Of a DNA stretch of 28,173 bases, positions 20,881 to 28,173 are shown one piece after another. Numbering within the stretch: position 1 is the stretch's first letter; every line of letters begins with the position of its first letter. The position numbers and the translations under genes are program-made. The notes under the pieces are model-generated. The model ran no database searches. It had not been told where the DNA came from and worked only from the letters and a program-made list of their open reading frames with translations. Location of the stretch: contig JAXLNO010000454.1 in NCBI GenBank assembly GCA_038087875.1, positions 62,001-90,173 on the forward strand, in the 5' to 3' direction. Source of the stretch: Malacoraja senta (taxonomy: Eukaryota).

Positions 20881-23192
20881 CAGGGCTCAAAATTAGCGGT
20901 TGCCCGGGTGCCACTGACCACCCAAAGTGCCGCCGGGCAACCTAAACGCCGAGTCATTTTGCCCGGCTTGACACGCAGATACTGGTTTGTACCGAAGATA
21001 GACACAAAAAACTGGAGTAACTCAGCGGGTCAGGCAGCATCTCTGGAGAAAAGGAACGTGACGTTTCGTGTCGGCGACGACTGTAATGCATGGGAAAGAT
21101 ACTAGGTGCGGGGTGACGGAGGATCGGAGCGAATGACAGGCCCCGAACAGCGACAGCAGCAGCGACGGCGGTTCCATCTCCTCCCGCCCCCCCGCCCGGC
21201 CTGATAACGGCCGCTGCGTGCCACTCGGCCAACGGCGTTTTCAAAACAAACCCTCTCGCACGCCGAGGCCGGGAGGAGGGAGGCAGGTTATCCCTGCCTG
21301 GGTTTACGGGAAATATGTCATCAGTCCAGGCATGACCAGTCGAGACAGGCAGAGTTGAGCTGCATTTAGTGCTGGATTGAGCTAAAATTACTGTTCACAG
21401 GGCCTCCGAAGCCTTGAGCGTGTGTGTGAGTGTGCGCATGCAGCGATGATGCCGGTGTTGGCCGAGGAGCGCTGACCTTCCTTCCCACCTCCTCTGCCCC
21501 TTCCTCTCTCTCTCTCTCTCTTGTACGCCCCCCTTCACCCCCCCTTATCCTGAGACCCCTCCTCTCCATCCCGCACTGATCCCCATTCCTGCGTCTATTG
21601 ACATCCCGTGTGCTCCCCTCCTCATCTACCCCACACCCCCCCCCCCCATCCATTCATCGTGCACTGATCTCCCTATCCACCTCGCATTGATTCTCCTGCC
21701 ACTCCCCATCAATCCTACACTGGTCCCCCAATTCATCCTGTACTGACCCCCTGTCCCATCCATCCTGCACTGCTCCCCCCATCCATCCTGCACAGATCCC
21801 CCCCAGTCAACCCCACTGTCATCCCCCGCAGTCTCCCCTCACAATTTTACCTACTCCAACCAACACGCACTAATTCCCCTGCCTCAATCCATCCATTCCG
21901 CACCGATTGCCTTCTCAACCCCCACCCCCCCAACCCCACCACCATCTATCCATCCTGCACTGATTCACACCCCCCCCCTCTACCGACCCTATTGTGCTGG
22001 AAATGTCTTCAGAGCGAACATTGACTATGTTTGATAACGGAATACAATCAAATATGTTTTAATTCCCAATGTTATTATTTGTTTTAATCCATAAAGATGG
22101 ATTAATTAAATTGTGAACACGTGAAACATTAAAACTGTAGTGTTCGATTGTCACTGCTACCGTTGACACGTTATTACAGAATTCATTTTAACGGCAAATC
22201 AATGCTCTTAATATGGAGTATCGGTACTGTAGTTATTTAATGAGCAACATTCACAACTATACGTTGGATTTATCCACGTTTTACTTCTAGTCAGTCAGTC
22301 ATATACATCACAGATTTGGTCAGGAGATATTTCAGTTGAAATTTTAACGTTAATTCTGGTGGGAATAATGGAAAAAGCAGTTATCAACAATTTTTTTTTA
22401 ATTTGTTGCTTACAAACTGGGTATCTTCATTGCTGTTCACAACACATACATCTAATCTGAATGTCCTGTAATGTGGCATCTTGACACCTTTAAATATATT
22501 ACCAAAAGAACATTTGCTGCATTTATGTCCTTTGGCCATCTCTTGTTAGTTAGTGTAATGTTTAACCTGTCAGATGGGTATAGTCAGTTTTAACAGCTAT
22601 TATCATAAAATGCCTTTAGAAAATTCCTTGCAACCTGTATATTTTGTTGTGGATAAATTATGTGGAAAGCGAGAGTGTTTCTGTACCAATAGCAATAACG
22701 ACCCATGCTATGGCCATGTCATGATAATTTTCGGTCCTTCACAAAAAACATGCTTGCATCAATCTGTAGTGTGCATGGTTAAGCATATATATTATCATGG
22801 TCCAAGATTTATTGACACAAATTGATCATACGCTGAATAATCCAACCACATTTTTGTTTGGAAGTGGAACGAAATAATAAAAATTGCATTAATTGCCATG
22901 TGTAAAAAGAGTTGAGATATTGTATTATAATTTTGCTGCATGTCATTGTGGTATATATCATGTCTTGATTGGTGAATATGTTTAGTTTGTGACTTTATTT
23001 CATGCAGAAATAATATGTGAATGCTTCATTGAGCATAATTCCGACTGGCAACTACGCACTTTGTGCGAGCACATTATCGCACGCATCATGCAAGCCGTCT
23101 TAAATGACCACCTAAACTGTCATTTGGAAACCTAAAAAGCTGCCAAGGTTGCACGGCTGGCAACAGGGAAAAAAATTTAAGCGAGAGCCCTG
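20881..23192 (+). mobile_element. About 2.3-kb non-autonomous DNA transposon with CAGGGCTC termini (hAT-like)
   Basis: Left end cagggctcaaaattagc; right end ttaagcgagagccctg; GGTTGC/GGCAAC subterminal motifs at both ends; two further copies of the right arm in the window. No clear TSD. Confidence 0.75.
21560..21990. repeat. Degenerate C-rich tandem repeat (ccatcctgcactga-like units) inside the hAT-like element
   Basis: Recurrent catcc(t/c)gcactg motifs separated by C-runs. Confidence 0.8.
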
Positions 23193-23429
23193 ATTTCTTC
23201 CTCCATACCTCAATGTACTCCCAATTATTATATATTCCCTAGTCATTTGGAACTTCCCAAATGTATTCTCATATTTCTCTTGAATGAATCCTTTTGACAC
23301 AATTATTCCTTCAGTCTAAAAAAAACTATCCTCTACGCTGTCAATAACAAAGCCAGCATTTGTATCATGTGGAAAATGTATCACCACCTTTAAGTCTTAA
23401 ATACCAGGATGCATTTTAAAAGCAAGCAA

Positions 23430-24900
23430 TCATTGCTAAAGCATATGAAACACCACCATTAACACCATTCCAATCACACAAAAGAAAAAAAACATGGCCT
23501 TTTGTTTCCTGTCACTGAGCCAATTAGGTTCTCTTTTTTGGCCAGACTGTCACGTGGGAGTTGGTCAAAAACCTTGCTAAAATCCATGTACACTGCATTA
23601 AAGACAGTTCTGTCATTAATCTGCCTCGTTAATTTATCCATAATCACTAGTTAGTTACAATATTCTATGCTGACTCCCCTTTTTGACCATATATTATAAA
23701 ATCAAATTTTATACCATACCACAAAACTGATTTCAATAATTTTCCACCCAAAGTTAAATGAATTGGACTATAATTAATTGGATTATTCCTTCCTCCTTTT
23801 TTAAACAACTTTATTTTCAGTCCGCAAATTCTCCAGCTACTTCCTGGAGCCAACAAAGAATTAAAAATTGCAGCCAGTCTTCAAGATTTCCTTGTTTCCT
23901 TTAACAGCTGAGACATTAACTTCCAATGATCCCTTTGACACATTGACTGTTCTGTATTCTATCCAATATGACAAATTAATAAACTTCATAAAAAGCAGAA
24001 TTACGTCAATATTGAAGACAACAACAAAATATTCAAAATCTTATTTACATGATCCACGTCTACACATGTCACATTTTTGGTCTTTAATACTTTTTGGCTC
24101 TACTCCTTTTCTGTCATCCTCTTGGTCTATATTTAAAACTTTAGACTTTCCTCAATTTTACTATTCTTCTCTGCAATTATGATTTCCTTTTAAACTTCTC
24201 ACCTACAATTTCTGTGACTTCTAGATTTTCCACTGTATTATGCACTCGTACAAGTCTCCATTTTTGACTCCCTTTCCCCTCAATGAACATAGTTTTCCAG
24301 GGGGTTCTTGATTTGGCAGTCACATCCCCAATTCTTTCTGAGAACACATTTCCTTGAATGCCTTTCATTGCTACAATTGACCACCCAGTATTTGTTCATA
24401 GAATAGTTTTGTTAAGTTGCACACATTGAATAAAATTAGACTCACCCCAATTTGGAATCTCCACAGCTATTTCATCTTTAAGGGCCTGTCCCACTGTACG
24501 AGGTAATTCAAGAGTTCTCCCGAGTTCCCACTGATTCAAACTTGGAGGATTACGGTAATAGCTGTTCGTAGGTACTCGGGGCTCTAGTGGGCATTTTTCA
24601 TAGAGCTGAAAAAACTTCACGAGTTACCGCGTTTCCCAAGTACCTGCCGTTAGCAATACGAGCCACTACGAGACATCCACGAGCACCGACGTAGCCGCTA
24701 CGTACATTCTACGTCCTTACCACAAGTTTGATTTTTTTTAAACTCGGGAGAGCTCTTGAATTACCTCGTACAGTGGGACAGGCCCTTTATCCTATTCCAC
24801 AACTGCACTAAACCTACCTGAATCATGGTCACTACCACAAATCTGCTCTTCCACCAATACTTCTTCCACCTATCCGGATGAATTACTCAAATTGAGGGTC
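23430..24900 (-). mobile_element. Old CR1 LINE remnant
   Basis: Minus strand AVYMDFSKVFD (about 23560-23597) and LFKKGGRNNPINYSPIHLT; many stops and deletions. Confidence 0.7.
24481..24786. mobile_element. 306-bp PIF/Harbinger-type MITE
   Basis: 46-bp TIRs (24481-24526 and 24741-24786, one mismatch) starting agggcctgtcccact; TTA duplicated on both sides. Confidence 0.92.
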
Positions 24901-26021
24901 ACTTAACATTGCATTAGGGTAAATTCCCTTCTGTAATGTTGCTAATGTTACACAAAAGGACACAAGGTGCTAGAGTTATTCAGATTCTAAAGTGTCCCAT
25001 CCCAAATGGTCATCTATCCATGTTCTCCAGAGATGCTGTTTGCCCCAGTGTTACCCCACCACTGTGTGTCAATTTTCAGCTCAATCATCTTCTTTTCATT
25101 CTGCAGTTCAATCCATGTAGTCTCATCTGATGATCTTCAAGCATATTCCTTCTATGGGAAAACTCCAAATCATCTTACTGGCACTTGGTCTCATTTTCCT
25201 CACTGCAATTTCACCCTCCTTTCTCATACAGTTAAGATTCTTACCAAGTTCATAACTCTCATTAAGATATGCATTTGATGCTGCCCATCAACCAAGCTCC
25301 CAAATATACCACTGCTATCAACTCACCCTCTCTCTCTCCCACCTCCACATTTCAGCACAAAATACTGAACAGGGAATTAAGGAATGACAAAAAATGTGAA
25401 AGAATATTCACGAATAAAAGATCTGCCCCAGTAAGATCTGACCCAACATGCAACATTCTATCAAAATACTTCCAAAGAGCCGAGACATTAGGGGCCATGC
25501 TTCTTTACCCAATAGTTTTTTGTTTGTTTTCTGCTGAAACTATTGACATGTAAAGACTGCCCAAGAAATGCCACATTTCCAAGTATTTGCTCACAACAAA
25601 AACATAGAAAATGTATTTGAAAAATCAAATGGACTAAATAGCACACAAATTTTAAACTCGAGGATAAACATGTTAGCGTTAAAATTGGTGTTGCTGGGGA
25701 TTTACAACTCGAATAGCTACTGTTATATGGCTCTCCAAAGTGAAAATGATTTGCTTCAACAGAAACCAAACCTTAGATAAAACTAAACAATGTCCTAGTG
25801 TCAAACATTCTACTGTACACAATTCACATCAGAATTGCAAACAAATGAGCAAATTGCGTTGTACTGCTAGTGTTGTACTTTAGTTAGAAGACATACAACC
25901 CACAGAATTGGGATACCATGTCTTTGGTGAATACATTATTAAATCAATTGTGTAGCCTTTCCCCAAATTTGAATGAGGGCTCTCACCAATATTTAAGTAA
26001 AGCATCCCACTTGTTTTCCAA

Positions 26022-26117
26022 GGTAGACAAAAATGCTGGCGAAACTCAGCGGGTGAGACCGCATCTATGGAGCCAAGAAAATAGGCGACGTTTCGGGTCG
26101 AGACCCTTCTTCAGTTA
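26022..26117 (-). mobile_element. About 95-bp Penelope pLTR insertion with an intact hammerhead core
   Basis: Minus strand CTGAAGA-AGGGTCTCGACCC-GAAA-CGTC at 26087-26114; flanks cccacttgtttt (26006-26017) and cccacttatttt (26118-26129). Confidence 0.8.
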
Positions 26118-26669
26118 CCCACTTATTTTATTAGCCAAATGGGAATAAAATATCACATATGTATGGCTACTAATTATCTCTGCAAAGATACCTGGCATTG
26201 TGAAGGTATGATTAAATATTGAAATTCTATAAAAATATTTGACCGCTAATCAATTGGCGGATTCACTGATAGCATTTGTGCAGTTCAGTGCAGCTCCCCA
26301 AAGGTCACTGACAACTTGGCAAAGGAATAAATAAAACAGGGTACTTTAACATTGCTGGTGTATTGATTTGGACAATAATTAAGTCAAGTCTTTCTAGCAC
26401 ATTCCCCCCCACCCTAACCCCACCCGAACCACAGTCACCCGACACTGAAATTTACTTAGTTTGGATGCTGAAGATCAATTCAACAGGCTCAAAGCATCCA
26501 GGATTCCTGCAGTGGGGTCTCAGTGGAAGGAAGACCATGTCAAGTGCCCTCCCCCCTCCAGAGTGTTCCCTCCAAAATTCTCGGTCTATTAGATAATGTA
26601 AGTGATGCTAAGAATATTCAATGCGGAAATATCTCCAAGAGTCTCTAAAAATACCAAATAAGTCAACAT

Positions 26670-26775
26670 GAAACGTCACCTATCCATGTTCTCCAGAAAT
26701 GCTGCACGACCTGCTGAATTACTCCAGCGCTTTCTCTTTTTTTGTACACCTGCTTTTGGAGTTCCTTGTGTCTAT
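26670..26775 (+). repeat. Penelope pLTR fragment
   Basis: gaaacgtcacctatccatgttctccaga..gctgc..gacctgctgaattactccagc. Confidence 0.7.
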
Positions 26776-26838
26776 AGAAAAATCTAATTGGACAATTACA
26801 ATCAGCTCAGATGTCATCAGTGATTCATCTTTACTCAC

Positions 26839-26999
26839 TTTGATAAAATTATCAGGAAACATTCCCCTCTTCCCATTTAACTCTCCGTCACACCATCCTT
26901 CTTCTTCAAGTTTTCTTACATTCTTAATGAGATCACCGACCCTCAGAGTAAGTTCATCATCATGCGCAGCTTCATAATCATATTCCACAGTAACCTCCA
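26839..26999 (-). CDS. CD2AP: Internal coding exon (exon 2-like, 161 bp) encoding the first SH3 domain of a CD2-associated-protein-like adaptor
   Basis: (V)[53 protein letters not shown]; acceptor tttctttctcttacag, donor GTGAGT; phase 1 to phase 0. KLEEEGW and RGMFPDNF fit CD2AP better than SH3KBP1 (KEDGGWW, RGLFPDNF). Confidence 0.88.
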
Positions 27000-27677
27000 C
27001 TGTAAGAGAAAGAAAATATACAGTCAGTCATACTGAAACCAATCATTCTCAAAGGAGTTGGTGACGGTAAAAAATAGTTAATCAGCACTGACACAATGTG
27101 CCCACTTCTGATAAACATTCTTCTCAAGTGGCGAATGGATTTATAATTCTTAATTAAACATTCTCACAGCACAATCTACATTGCTCCACCCAAAGATGAT
27201 GCCACACCTGCATTTTATTCTGGATTTAATTTCCAGCTAACCCAACTCATAATTACATGCACAAGCCCTTAGCAGCACATTATTCATACATGGGAGAGGA
27301 GGAAGAAAATGTAATAATTAAATCTCAATCAAGCAAAGTAATCTGGAACAACAAATTATTTTACCCCCCTCACCCTGAGAAGCCTCTCTCAAACTGCACC
27401 CAATGAATTCCAATTGCAGTAAAGTGAAGATGGCCAAGAAATCAGTAAAAGCCGTCAAAGCTGTAATCAGCAAAACTCAGGTCAGCTGCCCAAAACCAAT
27501 TAAAAAACACTCCTTGTGAAGAGCTGAACCCTATCGCTCTTCTCAGAGCCACCCACAAATCTCAGGAAACAGCTAATCCCGACTCAAGCAATCTGGGACC
27601 GGGCTCAGTGCCAGGGGAAGATAATTTCCATTATTGTGGATCCCTCCTAGCTCACTGACATTTGCTGGACTCACCAC

Positions 27678-28173
27678 CAGGGCTCTCGCTTAACTTTTTT
27701 TCCCTGTTGCCAGCCGGGCAACCTTGGCAGCTTTTTAGGTTTCCAAATGACAGTTTAGGTGGTCATGTAAGATGGCTTGCATGACGCGTGCGATAATGTG
27801 CTCGGACGAAGTGCGTAGTTGCCTGTCGGAATTATACTCAATGAAGCATTCACATATTATTTCAAATAAAGTCACAAACTAAACATTCACCAATCAAGAC
27901 ATGATATATCCCACAATGACATGCAGCAAAATTATAAGACAGTATCTCAACTCTTTTTACACATTGCAATTAATGCAATTTCTATTAGTTCTTTCCACTT
28001 CCAAACAAAAATGTGGTTGGATTATTCAGCGTATGATCAACCTGTGTCAATAAATCCTGGACCATGGTAACATATATGCGTACGTATAGTTGTGAATGTT
28101 GCTCATTAAATAACTACAGTACTGATACTCCATATTAAGAGCATTGATTTGCCGTTAAAATGAATTCTGTAAT
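27678..28173 (-). mobile_element. Third copy of the CAGGGCTC hAT-like element, inverted and internally deleted; runs off the window
   Basis: Reverse complement matches 22783-23192 joined to 22172-22264. Confidence 0.88.

Noticed and set aside
20900..21480. Host CpG-island promoter or first exon
   Set aside because: It is enclosed by the transposon termini and has no recognisable coding sequence or splice signals. Regulatory activity is not excluded.
1..26838. Next CD2AP exon (EIK..GNVASLVQR-like)
   Set aside because: Not found by eye on the minus strand. It may lie beyond the window or in the gap; a spliced alignment would settle it.
26719..27000. Stand-alone 93-aa SH3 protein
   Set aside because: The GTG start overlaps the splice acceptor, and similarity ends at a GTGAGT donor; the remainder is intron read-through.

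Overview
Repeat-dense vertebrate genomic DNA. The repeat set (V-SINE/HE1-like SINEs, CR1, Rex1/Babar, Penelope) suggests a cartilaginous fish such as a skate or ray; this is inference. The only intact host coding sequence is a 161-bp minus-strand exon (26839-26999) encoding the first SH3 domain of a CD2AP-like protein. I found no next exon, so 1-26838 is probably all one intron. That intron holds: the decayed 3' half of a DIRS1 tyrosine-recombinase retrotransposon with intact terminal structure; several Rex1 and CR1 LINEs, including a triple nest; Penelope fragments with hammerhead-ribozyme cores; a complete non-autonomous Helitron with two 5' ends; a Harbinger-type MITE; and three copies of a CAGGGCTC-ended hAT-like element. 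The most unusual part is 5700-7810. It is a mosaic of locally duplicated hAT-transposase and RTE-like LINE fragments fused to a disabled, CpG-rich FAM110C-like gene copy, and it runs into an assembly gap. All family assignments come from motif recognition by eye, not database searches, and boundaries of old repeats are approximate.
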